Made by a program: the position numbers and the translations under genes. The notes under the pieces are model-generated. The model was not told the DNA's origin, ran no database searches, and was given only the letters and a program-made list of their open reading frames with translations. DNA of 36,990 nucleotides from an uncultured bacterium (GTDB lineage Bacteria > CAZDME01 > JAYEMH01). The DNA is taken from the NCBI GenBank assembly GCA_964506785.1, contig CAZDME010000005.1, forward strand, positions 1 to 36,990. Reading direction: 5' to 3'. Of the stretch, positions 27,763-36,919 are shown in pieces; position 1 is the stretch's first letter; each line of letters starts with the position of its first letter.

Positions 27763-29205
27763 TTACTTAGCCCTCCAGGCTAAATCTAATTCCCTGGCCG
27801 CCTTGGCCTCATCCAAACGGCCCACCGGGGCATTATGAGGAGCTTGACGGAGAACATCAGGATTCACTTCGGCCTCATGAGCTATTTTTTTCATAGTTTC
27901 AATAAAATAATCCAGAGTCTCTTTAGTTTCGGTTTCTGTCGGTTCAATCATTAAGGCCTCCGGAACATTGAGAGGGAAATAAACAGTCGGCGGATGCAAT
28001 CCAAAATCAATCAACCGCTTGGCGATATCCAGGGTTCGAACGCCTCGGGCCTTCTGCCTGTTTCCGGAAAAAACTACTTCGTGTAAACAAACCTCGTCAT
28101 AGGGCAGGTCATAATAATCCTTTAATTCAGTCCGCAGGTAATTGGCATTTAAAACAGCGTTTTCGGCAACCTTTCTTAACCCTTCTCCTCCCAGGCTGAG
28201 AATATAGGCATAGGCTTTTATCATCACTAAAAAATTCCCATAGAAGGACCGCACCTTGCCAATGGATTTTGGCAAATCGTAATTAAAATAAAATCTGCTC
28301 CCTTTTTTCTCAACGACAGGAAGAGGCCGGTAGGCAAGCAGTTCTTTTTTTACTCCCAGGGGGCCAACGCCCGGCCCGCCGCCGCCGTGGGGTGTGGCAA
28401 AAGTTTTATGCAAATTGAGATGGACTAAATCAAAACCCATATCTCCAAAGCGGCTTTTCCCGAGAAGGGCATTTAAATTGGCTCCGTCGCCGTAAAGCAG
28501 CCCGCCGGCTTGATGGACAATGGAGGAAATCTCTAATATATTTTTTTCAAACAGCCCCAGGGTGTTGGGATTAGTAAGCATCAAGCAAGCTGTTTCCTCA
28601 TTCATTACTTTTCCAAGATGCCCGATGTCAATTCCGCCAAATCCATCGGTTTCCACTTCAACGATTTCAAAACCACCCAACCTGGCCGAGGAGGGATTAG
28701 TTCCATGGGCGGAATCCGGAATAATAATTTTTTTGCGCTTCTCTCCTTTATCTTTAAAAAAGGCCCGCACTATCAGGATTCCCGTCAGTTCCCCATGAGC
28801 CCCGGCGGCCGGCTGCAGGGTAAATCCATCCATGCCGACGATTTCAGATAAACTCTTTTCCAAATTATACATTAAAGTTAAAGCGCCTTGACTTAAGTCC
28901 CCGCTTTGGTAAGGATGCAAATGAGTAAATCCGGGAAGATTAGCCAATTCCTCGTTAATCTTCGGATTATATTTCATCGTGCAGGAACCCAGCGGATAAA
29001 AATTAGTATCAACAGAAAAGTTAAGTTTGGAAAGCTCGGTATAATGGCGGACCACCTCTGGTTCAGTTAACTCCGGAAGGGGTAGATTCTTTCTCGCCAA
29101 TCCCGGAGGGATAAGCCCGGATATATCCTTGAGAGGCACATCTAATTCCGGCAAAGAGGCGCCTGTCCGCCCCCTGGCGCCTTTTTCAAAAATTAACTTA
29201 GACAT
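27763..29205 (-). CDS. gcvPB: Glycine dehydrogenase subunit 2
   Basis: [30 protein letters not shown] lysine [24 protein letters not shown]. Confidence 0.97.
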   Translation of the reverse strand: MSKLIFEKGARGRTGASLPELDVPLKDISGLIPPGLARKNLPLPELTEPEVVRHYTELSKLNFSVDTNFYPLGSCTMKYNPKINEELANLPGFTHLHPYQSGDLSQGALTLMYNLEKSLSEIVGMDGFTLQPAAGAHGELTGILIVRAFFKDKGEKRKKIIIPDSAHGTNPSSARLGGFEIVEVETDGFGGIDIGHLGKVMNEETACLMLTNPNTLGLFEKNILEISSIVHQAGGLLYGDGANLNALLGKSRFGDMGFDLVHLNLHKTFATPHGGGGPGVGPLGVKKELLAYRPLPVVEKKGSRFYFNYDLPKSIGKVRSFYGNFLVMIKAYAYILSLGGEGLRKVAENAVLNANYLRTELKDYYDLPYDEVCLHEVVFSGNRQKARGVRTLDIAKRLIDFGLHPPTVYFPLNVPEALMIEPTETETKETLDYFIETMKKIAHEAEVNPDVLRQAPHNAPVGRLDEAKAARELDLAWRAK

Positions 29206-29214
29206 ATTTCCCCC

Positions 29215-29245
29215 AAATTATAGGATATCCGATATCCTATAATTT
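29215..29245. repeat. 31-bp palindrome overlapping the gcvPA stop
   Basis: AAATTATAGGATATC-C-GATATCCTATAATTT (perfect 15-bp arms). Confidence 0.9.
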
Positions 29246-30598
29246 TTGCAGCGATTTTAATACTTCAATCAATTTATCGATTTCTTCTTTGCTTCTTTTT
29301 TCGGTCACGGCTAAAAGCATACAGTTTTCAAATTCCCCATTAGGAGATTTTTTTCTAACCGCTAAATCCAACCCGCCGATAATTTTATTCTCTAAAAGCC
29401 GACGGTTAATCTTTTCAACCGGATGCGGGCAGCTCAGGACAAACTCCTTAAAGAAAGGTTGTTTAAATTTTAACTTATAACCCGGGATTTCGGTAATCTT
29501 TCTGGCGGCGTAATGCGCCTTTTGCAGACAAAGTCCGGCAACCATTTTTAATCCGTTTTTCCCCAATAGGGCTAAATAAATAGTTGCCGCCAGGGCATTT
29601 AAGGCATGATTGGTGCAAATGTTAGAGGTTGCCTGCGCCCGGCGAATATGCTGTTCCCGAGTCTGCAGGGTAAGGACATATCCGGTCCTGCCCAGGCTGT
29701 CTTCGGTTTGGCCTACCAACCTTCCCGGCATCTTTCTGACAAATGCCAGGTGAGAAGCCATAAATCCCAGGCCCGGCCCGCCAAAATTTAAACCGGAACC
29801 CAGGGCCTGGCCTTCCCCGACGACAATATCGGCTCCCCATTCTCCCGGCGGGCGGATCATAGCCAGGGCAATGGGATCAACGGAGACGATATAAAGACTT
29901 CCGTTTTGCCTGATGAATGGGGCTATTCTTTCTCCCTCTTCAAAAATTCCAAAAAAGTTCGGCTGAGAAATTATTACCGCGCTGGTATCTTTGTCTAGAG
30001 AACTTTTTAAAAAGGCTGAATCAACTCTTCCTTCTTTAAGCGGAATCCGTTTAATGGCTAAATCTGAACCAGATAGATAAGTTTCAAGGACAGAAAGGTA
30101 TTCGGGATGAATTGCCTGGCTGACTAAAATTGTTTTTCTTTTATTTATCCGCGCTGCCATCAGGGCCGCTTCGGCCAGAGCGCTGGCTCCGTCATAAAGC
30201 GAAGCATTAGCCGCTTCCATTCCGGTAAGCAGGGTAATAAAAGTTTGATATTCATAAATGGCCTGGAGAATCCCCTGGCTGGCTTCAGCTTGATAGGGGG
30301 TGTAGGCGGTATAAAATTCGGGCCGCCCAATCAGAAACTTAAGAGCCGCGGGAACAAAATGGTCGTAATAACCGCCCCCTAAAAATAAGGGATAATCCAG
30401 AGCAGATTTGTTTTGGCCGGCTAAATCTCTTAATTCGTTTACCACCTCGATTTCACTTAAAGGTCGTGCTCTCGGCGTGGCGGATGACTTCAATCTGACC
30501 TTCTCAGGAATAGACTGAAAAAGTTCTTCGATAGACCGCAGGCCAATCGCTTCAAGCATCTCTTTTTGCTGTAAGGGCGTATTTCCTGAATAATCCAT
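29237..30598 (-). CDS. gcvPA: Glycine dehydrogenase subunit 1
   Basis: FYTAYTPYQAEASQG, NASLYDGA, QTREQHIRRAQATSNICTN. Confidence 0.97.
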   Translation of the reverse strand: MDYSGNTPLQQKEMLEAIGLRSIEELFQSIPEKVRLKSSATPRARPLSEIEVVNELRDLAGQNKSALDYPLFLGGGYYDHFVPAALKFLIGRPEFYTAYTPYQAEASQGILQAIYEYQTFITLLTGMEAANASLYDGASALAEAALMAARINKRKTILVSQAIHPEYLSVLETYLSGSDLAIKRIPLKEGRVDSAFLKSSLDKDTSAVIISQPNFFGIFEEGERIAPFIRQNGSLYIVSVDPIALAMIRPPGEWGADIVVGEGQALGSGLNFGGPGLGFMASHLAFVRKMPGRLVGQTEDSLGRTGYVLTLQTREQHIRRAQATSNICTNHALNALAATIYLALLGKNGLKMVAGLCLQKAHYAARKITEIPGYKLKFKQPFFKEFVLSCPHPVEKINRRLLENKIIGGLDLAVRKKSPNGEFENCMLLAVTEKRSKEEIDKLIEVLKSLQKL

Positions 30599-30606
30599 TT
30601 TTCACC

Positions 30607-30653
30607 TGATAACCTGACAACGGGCAACGTGATAACGATATAACGAGATAACG
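30607..30653. repeat. TGATAACG-type tandem array (inverse homologue of 20585..20623)
   Basis: TGATAACC TGACAACG GGCAACG TGATAACG ATATAACG AGATAACG. Confidence 0.87.
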
Positions 30654-30654
30654 A

Positions 30655-31053
30655 TTACGCCGTTGCCCCTTCAGATTTAGATTGGTATTCTTCTGCCTCA
30701 ATTAAATGGTCAAACTCATGGTTATTCGTTTTTGCATCCACCTCTAAAACCAGCAGCCAGCCTTTTCCGTAGGGATCCTGATTAATTAGCTGGGGGTTTT
30801 CGGATAGCTCTCGGTTCACCTCGACTACCCGTCCGCTTAAAGGGGCATAGATTTCGGAAACAGATTTAATCGATTCAATAATACCCAGGCTGGAGGACTG
30901 TTCTATGTGGGTTTCTAAATCAGGCAGCTCGACAAAAACCACCTCACCAAGCTCCTTCTGGGCAAAATCAGTAATACCCACCCGGGCTATTTCTCCGTCT
31001 ATCTTTATCCATTCATGTGAGCTGGTATATTTTAATCCCTTTGGCACAATCAT
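30655..31053 (-). CDS. gcvH: Glycine cleavage H protein
   Basis: HEWI, GITDFAQKELG, lipoyl lysine IESIKSVSEIYAP, INQDPYGKGW. Confidence 0.97.
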   Translation of the reverse strand: MIVPKGLKYTSSHEWIKIDGEIARVGITDFAQKELGEVVFVELPDLETHIEQSSSLGIIESIKSVSEIYAPLSGRVVEVNRELSENPQLINQDPYGKGWLLVLEVDAKTNNHEFDHLIEAEEYQSKSEGATA

Positions 31054-31085
31054 TTTTTCCTCCTCGCTGTAAATACCTCTATTAA

Positions 31086-31119
31086 TTCTTCACACTTTCT
31101 TCACACTTCGTAAGTGTGA
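31086..31119. repeat. Palindrome with duplicated left arm
   Basis: TTCTTCACACT twice, then TCGTA AGTGTGA (8-bp stem, CGT loop). Confidence 0.75.
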
Positions 31120-31122
31120 TAA

Positions 31123-32271
31123 TCAATGTTTCACCCGCGGCGTAACAAACGGCAGTTTAACAATCTCCGCCGGTATAAGCTTTCCTCTAATCTCGATAAA
31201 AATTTCTCCTCCCGCTTGAATAAAATCCTTTAGCACATAGCCCAAACCGATAAAATCACCGCGGGTGGGTGAAAAAGTACCGCTTGTTACCCGGCCAATC
31301 TTTCTTTCTCCCACTTTGATTGAATAGCCATGACGGGGAACAGCCTTTTCCTTCATGACGAAGGCAACAAGACTCTGAGAGATTTTATCTTTCTTCTCCG
31401 CTAAGGCCGTCTTACCCAGAAAATCCTTATTTAATTTTACCACCCAGGAAAATCCGGCTTCCCAGGGAGTAATCTTTCCGGCCCATTCTTGCCCATAAAG
31501 AGGATAACCCATCTCAGTCCGCAGAATATCCCGGGCGCCTAAACCCACTGGCTCCAGGCCAAAAGGCCGGCCGGTTTCCATTAACAGGTCCCAAATCTTT
31601 CCTACTTTATCTCTCCCGGCATAAATTTCAAATCCATCTTCACCGGTATAACCGCTTCGGGAGACTAAAACCGTCTCTCCGCCTAAATTAAATTCCCGGC
31701 TATAGAGAAACTTAAACTCATCTAAATCCTCATCGACAACCTGCTGAAAAATCTTTTTTGAATTTGGCCCTTGGAGACCGATGAGGGCCAGAGCCTCAGT
31801 TAAATTTATCAGTCCGACTTTTTTAGATTTCTGCTCTTGTAAATGATTAAAAATTTTCTCGGTGTTGCTGGCATTAACCACGGACATAAATTTACCCCGC
31901 CTTTTTTGCCCGTTAAAAAAATCAGGGGTTAAAAAAGACAGCGATAAATCCCCCAGTTTATAAAGCATAAAGTCATCCAAGACTTCTCCCTGCTCATTTA
32001 GAAACAGAGAATATTGCATCTGGCCGCTTTTTAGGATAGAGGCATCGTTGGGTGTCATAAACTGCAAGAAGGAAAGCGCTTCTTCTCCCGAGAGAAGAAT
32101 TTCTCCCATGTGACTGAGGTCAAAGAGACCGGCCCTTTCTCGCACAGCTTTAACCTCTTCAGTAATACCTCGGTAAGAAAGAGGCATAAGCCAGCCATGG
32201 AAGTTAACCATCCTCGCTCCTAAAGCTAAGTGTTCATCGTAAAGCGGGGTTTGCTTCTCTTTTTTTACCAT
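31123..32271 (-). CDS. gcvT: Glycine cleavage T protein (aminomethyltransferase)
   Basis: TPLY..H, GLFDLSHMG, VVNASN, LQGP, SRSGYTGEDGFE, GLGARDILRTEMG, VTSGTFSP. Confidence 0.97.
   Translation of the reverse strand: MVKKEKQTPLYDEHLALGARMVNFHGWLMPLSYRGITEEVKAVRERAGLFDLSHMGEILLSGEEALSFLQFMTPNDASILKSGQMQYSLFLNEQGEVLDDFMLYKLGDLSLSFLTPDFFNGQKRRGKFMSVVNASNTEKIFNHLQEQKSKKVGLINLTEALALIGLQGPNSKKIFQQVVDEDLDEFKFLYSREFNLGGETVLVSRSGYTGEDGFEIYAGRDKVGKIWDLLMETGRPFGLEPVGLGARDILRTEMGYPLYGQEWAGKITPWEAGFSWVVKLNKDFLGKTALAEKKDKISQSLVAFVMKEKAVPRHGYSIKVGERKIGRVTSGTFSPTRGDFIGLGYVLKDFIQAGGEIFIEIRGKLIPAEIVKLPFVTPRVKH
31890..31949 (-). repeat. In-frame imperfect palindrome inside gcvT
   Basis: Plus-strand arms ATTTACCCCGCCTTTTTT and AAAAAAGACAGCGATAAAT coincide with an extra peptide segment. 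Confidence 0.65.
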
Positions 32272-32297
32272 TTTTCCCTGTCGCGAAGAGCAAAAAG

Positions 32298-32699
32298 TTA
32301 TCTTTTGCTTTTCTCTGAGCTCCCTGAAGACCCCTTTTTTTCTTCTGCCTTTTCTTCTTTCTTCTCAGAAGATTTTTCTTCTTCTTTCCCTTCGCTTTGC
32401 TCAGGACTTCGCTTTTCTTCCTTATCCGTTGGGGATTGCTTTAGTTCATCGACATAATTCATCTGTAAATTGCTTAAAGTAGTCGCCAGGAATTTATCTT
32501 CGCGATCGGTCAAGTTCCCTCTGGTTTTTTCCTTAAACATAACTAAAAGGTCGATTGTTGCCTTGGCCCCGTCGAGATTCTTTTCAATCTTACCGCTTAG
32601 CGGATTAGCGATTTTCCCCAGATGGAGCATTACCGATTGAGAAAGCATGATGACAAAATTAATAAACTGCTCCTCTAAATATTTTTTATCTTCAGCCAT
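32298..32699 (-). CDS. DUF1844-like protein with charged low-complexity tail
   Basis: HLGKIANP, AKATIDLL...EKTRGNL, LQMNYV. Confidence 0.8.
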   Translation of the reverse strand: MAEDKKYLEEQFINFVIMLSQSVMLHLGKIANPLSGKIEKNLDGAKATIDLLVMFKEKTRGNLTDREDKFLATTLSNLQMNYVDELKQSPTDKEEKRSPEQSEGKEEEKSSEKKEEKAEEKKGSSGSSEKSKR

Positions 32700-32750
32700 T
32701 ATCTCCTCCTCCCATTTTAGTTAAGCGAATCGAGTGAGGCAAAACCTTAC

Positions 32751-33665
32751 TCATACCGTTTCTACTTGCTCTTTACACAGTCTATAAGCGGCCCTTGCCG
32801 TTTGGAAATGGATATCAACCGTATCCTTTAAATCCAGGGCATAACCACCGGCTAAAACAATAGCCAGGGGAATATTATTCCGGCGGGCTTGAGTTAAAAC
32901 CAGTTCGTCCCTGGCTAAAAAACCTTCTTTAGTTAAGTTCAGTCCTCCTAACTGGTCTTCGCTGTAGGGATCAGCGCCGGCCAGGTAAAAGATAAAGGAC
33001 GGCTTAAAATTTTTGATAATTTCCGGAAGATGTTTTTCTAAATGCTTCAGGTATTCCTTATCACCGCATCCATCGGCCAATCCGATATCTAACGAACCGG
33101 GTACTTTTATGGCCGGATAATTATTTTCCTGATGGATGGAGAAGGTAAAAACATCTTCATCTTTAGAGAATATGGAAGCGGTGCCATTTCCCTGGTGAAG
33201 GTCGCAGTCAACAATTAAAAATTTATTTACTCCGTCATCACGCTTTAGAACCTTTATGGCGATAGCCACATCATTAAAAACACAAAATCCCTCGCCGTGG
33301 TCTTGAAAGGCGTGATGAAAACCTCCTCCCAGATGGAGGGCAATTTTTTCACTCAGGGCAGTTTTAGCCGTAAGCACTGTCCCGCCGGCGCAAAGGCGCG
33401 AGGCATCCACTAATTCCCGGGAATAGGGTAATTCCAGGGTTAGAATCTCCTGCGGGCTGAGCTTCCCATTCTTTAATTTATCCAGATATTGCGGTGTATG
33501 AACCAAAAGTATATCTTTTTCTTCAGCCTCCGGAGAAACTAAAAAATCAGATTCCCTGGCAACCTTTTCTTCAAGCAGTCTCTCTCTTATCAAGGCATAT
33601 TTTTCTGTCGGGAAGATGTGGCCGCCTAAATCAATTTGGTAATTGAGAGAATAAATTATTTTCAT
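32751..33665 (-). CDS. Histone deacetylase-family (Zn-dependent) deacylase
   Basis: GGFHHA, GFCVFND, DCDLHQGNGT, FSIH, LAGAD, GGY. Confidence 0.93.
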   Translation of the reverse strand: MKIIYSLNYQIDLGGHIFPTEKYALIRERLLEEKVARESDFLVSPEAEEKDILLVHTPQYLDKLKNGKLSPQEILTLELPYSRELVDASRLCAGGTVLTAKTALSEKIALHLGGGFHHAFQDHGEGFCVFNDVAIAIKVLKRDDGVNKFLIVDCDLHQGNGTASIFSKDEDVFTFSIHQENNYPAIKVPGSLDIGLADGCGDKEYLKHLEKHLPEIIKNFKPSFIFYLAGADPYSEDQLGGLNLTKEGFLARDELVLTQARRNNIPLAIVLAGGYALDLKDTVDIHFQTARAAYRLCKEQVETV

Positions 33666-34327
33666 TTATCCAAAGATTTTCTTTCTTTTCTAATGAACTG
33701 ACAATTTTTCTCTAAAGGGCAGCCCGGACATTCCGGCTTAGTCCGGCAATAATTCTTGGCCAGGGTAACAATCAAAGCGTGAAATTCGTTGAAAAGCCGT
33801 ACATCCCGGGGAAGATTACTTTCAAAAAAATTTTTCAGTGTCTCGTAGTCGCCGCTTTTATTAATACCCAGCCTTTGACAGAGCCTTTTGGTATAGGCAT
33901 CGATGACAAAAGATGGTTTCCCTCCGGCATAAAGAAGGATGGAGTCAACCGTCTCCGGCCCCAATCCGTTAATGGCTAAAAGTTCCTCTCTAAGTTCAGG
34001 TAACGGCTTAGAAAAAAACTTCCTTAAATTTCCCTGGCAGGATTTTTCTAAATACTGGCTGACTGCTTTGAGCCGCTTAGCCTTCTGCCGATAAAAACCG
34101 GTGGGATGCACCAGCTTCTCTAATTTGTTCAAAGAGAGATTAGCAATTTCCCGAAGGGCAAGCACCCTCTTTCTTTTCAGGTTGGTGATTGCTTTCTCAA
34201 CATTGCCCCAGGCCGTGTTCTGGGTTAAAACCGCTCCGACAATTACCTCAAAAGGAGAAGCCGCCGGCCACCAGAATTGCTCGCCAAATTCCCGATAAAG
34301 TTTATGGAAAATCTCGATCAGCTGCAA
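33662..34327 (-). CDS. Endonuclease III-like HhH-GPD glycosylase with 4Fe-4S motif
   Basis: FEVIVGAVLTQNT, GFYRQKA, LLAINGLGPETVD, VIDAY, CRTKPECPGC. Confidence 0.9.
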   Translation of the reverse strand: MQLIEIFHKLYREFGEQFWWPAASPFEVIVGAVLTQNTAWGNVEKAITNLKRKRVLALREIANLSLNKLEKLVHPTGFYRQKAKRLKAVSQYLEKSCQGNLRKFFSKPLPELREELLAINGLGPETVDSILLYAGGKPSFVIDAYTKRLCQRLGINKSGDYETLKNFFESNLPRDVRLFNEFHALIVTLAKNYCRTKPECPGCPLEKNCQFIRKERKSLDK

Positions 34328-34689
34328 CTTTTCCTTTTCTTCCAGAAGAAAATTAAAAAAAGGGCGAAAGAAACTCCTAAAATATCCACCAGAATATCCC
34401 AGATAGAAAAAAACCGGCTGGGGACAAAACTCTGGTGCAACTCATCAGTAAGAGCGTAAAATCCGCCGAATGATAGGGAATATATAAAATTTTTAAAGCC
34501 ATCCGCGAACGAATTGTCGAAAGCCCGAAAAACAAGCAGGCCCAAAATTATATATTCGAAAAAATGGCCGAAATAACTTGACACGGTATCCAGTAATTGC
34601 ACCGGAAATGCCTCTGCCTGTAAACTGGATACGTAAAAGATAAACCCGAGCCAAATCAGAAGTGGCAACCAGAACTTAAAAAATTTCAT
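34318..34689 (-). CDS. VanZ-family membrane protein
   Basis: HFFEY, YALTDELHQSFVPSR, D...D..G. Confidence 0.85.
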   Translation of the reverse strand: MKFFKFWLPLLIWLGFIFYVSSLQAEAFPVQLLDTVSSYFGHFFEYIILGLLVFRAFDNSFADGFKNFIYSLSFGGFYALTDELHQSFVPSRFFSIWDILVDILGVSFALFLIFFWKKRKSCS

Positions 34690-34742
34690 CTTCTTATTCG
34701 ATTTAAGCGGTTATTGGAAGAGAACGAGGGAGTGGATAAAAA

Positions 34743-35213
34743 TTAGCTGAACTGGGAGGAATCAGTTTTTTTCTGAGCGGCCGAAGCATTCCCTTTTTGA
34801 GGCTCGTCATTAAACTCCAAATTCAAATTCGAGTCTTTATCTTCTCGATTTCCCTGGTTTCCCACCACACAGTTACCTTCAAAAACCACACCTTCAGCGA
34901 TAACCACCCGGGAGGCTTTAATATCACCGAGAAGCTGGGCATTGCTAAGCAATTCTACCTTTTCGTTAGCAGTAACATTACCATCAACCTCTCCGGCTAT
35001 AGTAATGTTTTCGGCAACAATATCTCCTTTTATCCCAGCTTTTTCCCCGATAAAAAGGTCTTTTTCAGCAAAGATATCCCCTTTAACTTCACCGTCGATG
35101 CGAATATCACCCTTGACCTCGAGACTACCTTCAATCCTTAAGCCCGGGCCAAGATATGAATCAAGCCGACCTTCCATCTCTTCTCTTTTCGATTTCAATC
35201 TATTAAAAATCAT
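34743..35213 (-). CDS. Bactofilin (polymer-forming cytoskeletal protein)
   Basis: Beta-helical repeats IEGSL, IRIDGEVKGDI, IKGDI, VDGNV, GVVFEGNC. Confidence 0.92.
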   Translation of the reverse strand: MIFNRLKSKREEMEGRLDSYLGPGLRIEGSLEVKGDIRIDGEVKGDIFAEKDLFIGEKAGIKGDIVAENITIAGEVDGNVTANEKVELLSNAQLLGDIKASRVVIAEGVVFEGNCVVGNQGNREDKDSNLNLEFNDEPQKGNASAAQKKTDSSQFS

Positions 35214-35228
35214 TTTTGCGCACCCGCC

Positions 35229-36122
35229 TCATTTCAGTTTAACCAGAATATATTTTATCGGGTCTACCTTTTTCCCTTTATAATGAACCTCGTAATGAAG
35301 GTGAGGGCCGGTGCTATAACCGGTATTTCCCAGGGTGCCAATAACCTGCCCTTTTTTAACCAGGGTTCCCCAGCGAACTTTTATCCGGTCAAGGTGGGCA
35401 TAGGCAGTTTTAAAATCGTACCCGTGGTCAATGATGACCTTATTACCATATCCGCCCTGCCAGCCGACAAAGATTACCCTTCCAGACGCTGTTGCCCTAA
35501 CCGAGGTCCCCCGGCGGGCCACCAGGTCTAATCCTTCGTGAAACTCCCGGCGCGGCCGCCGCCTCCAGCCGTATGGGGAGGAAATATAAGCGCCATTAAC
35601 CGGACAGATAGATGGGGTACAGGCAAAAAGTTCTTCTTTTCCTTCAAGAGCCTCTATTAATTCCCGGTAGGCCTGCTTTTCTAAATAAATATCCTCTTTG
35701 AGCTCCTCAATATTTCTCGCCCCGCTTTCGGGAATTTTGGTTTGCTCTAAGAGATAATATTGTTCGGAAGGCCAGTATAATCCCGGTCCACCCTGTCCGC
35801 CGGCATCTTCTATCAAGACCTCGTCTTTGCCGATACCGGTCAAGGTTTTCACCTTGCGGCCGAAATTCTTGAGTTCATCTAAGTTCTGATTTATCTCCTG
35901 GATTTGTCTATCCTGCTCAATTTTAACTTTTTCTATTCGCCTGAGCTGCCCTTTCAGGCTCGCTCTTTGCTTTGTTCCGAGAAAATAAAGAACGGATCCA
36001 ATCAAACCCGCTCCAAAAAAGACCAGGATAATATAAACGGTAAGATGATGCAGTCGGAAGGTATAAGGGGGCTTTCCGTGATGGGGAATAACCATCAAGG
36101 TAAAGAATTTACTCTTTTTCAA
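35229..36122 (-). CDS. M23-family peptidase with TM anchor and coiled coil
   Basis: FTLMVIPH, TM helix, TPSICPV, HEGLD, YAHL, STGPHLHYEV; directly upstream of bactofilin. Confidence 0.93.
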   Translation of the reverse strand: MKKSKFFTLMVIPHHGKPPYTFRLHHLTVYIILVFFGAGLIGSVLYFLGTKQRASLKGQLRRIEKVKIEQDRQIQEINQNLDELKNFGRKVKTLTGIGKDEVLIEDAGGQGGPGLYWPSEQYYLLEQTKIPESGARNIEELKEDIYLEKQAYRELIEALEGKEELFACTPSICPVNGAYISSPYGWRRRPRREFHEGLDLVARRGTSVRATASGRVIFVGWQGGYGNKVIIDHGYDFKTAYAHLDRIKVRWGTLVKKGQVIGTLGNTGYSTGPHLHYEVHYKGKKVDPIKYILVKLK

Positions 36123-36149
36123 TCACAAACCCTCTTAGTTGAGTTGATT

Positions 36150-36182
36150 AACCCCGCCAAATAGTAAAATTCTGACGGGGTT
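36150..36182 (-). repeat. Hairpin upstream of the M23 gene
   Basis: Minus strand AACCCCGTCAGA-9 nt-TTTGGCGGGGTT, 12-bp stem with two G.U pairs. Confidence 0.65.
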
Positions 36183-36301
36183 CGGTAGGGTAGATATATA
36201 ACATATATATAAAAATCAGTCAAGTATTAAATAATGCTCAATTCGGCAGGGGTTTTAAGACCTGGTCCCAATTTTTAGCCATCTGCTTTGGCCCTTTGAA
36301 T

Positions 36302-36433
36302 TTATCTTTCGTCTATCGCCTTGTAAATGCCGTAAAGGGTAGCGGCGCTAACTGCCGTTTTAATCAGGGCACAGCCGGAATTGAAAAACAAAAATGAGCT
36401 TAAAAGCGCTAAATAGACAATTTTTTTAAACAT
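36302..36433 (-). CDS. Small lipoprotein (43 aa, absent from the ORF track)
   Basis: Hand translation: MFKKIVYLALLSSFLFFNSG-CALIKTAVSAATLYGIYKAIDER; basic N-region, hydrophobic core, SG-C lipobox-like site. Confidence 0.7.
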   Translation of the reverse strand: MFKKIVYLALLSSFLFFNSGCALIKTAVSAATLYGIYKAIDER

Positions 36434-36495
36434 AAACAATTTCCATATAACAATATTAGCGGCCTATGCCATCCGCCAGAACGGCTGGACGCAAG

Positions 36496-36687
36496 CTAAA
36501 AAATATTACACAATTTTAAAATCCCCCAAAGGATAAGAAAGGGGCCGAGAATTTTTAACAGCTTGCCAAATTTTTTATGCCACAATTCAAATTTTTCAGG
36601 GTCTTTGGGTTTTTTGGGAATAATGCGGTAAGCTAAAAGAGTCAAGTAAAGTCCCCCTAAAATAGTAATCAATTCTATCCAGTTCAT
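36496..36687 (-). CDS. Small two-TM hypothetical protein
   Basis: AAAGGAGG RBS; two hydrophobic segments. Confidence 0.75.
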   Translation of the reverse strand: MNWIELITILGGLYLTLLAYRIIPKKPKDPEKFELWHKKFGKLLKILGPFLILWGILKLCNIF

Positions 36688-36700
36688 TTTACTCCTCCTT

Positions 36701-36913
36701 TCAGGGTTTATTTGCCCACCAGGCCATTATCGCGATAATCGCCATACCGATTACCAGGCTGAATATCACGGAAATTACAAGTGTGCTGTCAACATATCCT
36801 TTTTGGCTATAATATTTGAAGGCGTAAATCCCAACACCTATACATACCGCAAGGATTGAGATAATTATTTTCCCCCGGGTGAACAATTTTACTTTTTCCG
36901 GCTTCTTATCCAT
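36701..36913 (-). CDS. Small two-TM hypothetical protein
   Basis: Two hydrophobic segments; 13 nt from the next gene. Confidence 0.72.
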   Translation of the reverse strand: MDKKPEKVKLFTRGKIIISILAVCIGVGIYAFKYYSQKGYVDSTLVISVIFSLVIGMAIIAIMAWWANKP

Positions 36914-36919
36914 CGCTTA

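Noticed and set aside
20585-30653. Short arrays as CRISPR repeats
   Set aside because: Units are 7-8 nt, abutting, without unique spacers, and no cas genes are present.
32272-32297. Glycine riboswitch before gcvT
   Set aside because: Only 26 nt of intergenic space and no aptamer pattern recognised.
34743-36122. M23 peptidase-bactofilin pair as a novel system
   Set aside because: Well-known conserved cell-shape gene pair.
36195-36223. Sigma70 promoter for the M23 gene (TTGACT-17-TATATA)
   Set aside because: The -10 lacks the conserved final T and lies in an AT-dinucleotide run; too weak to call.
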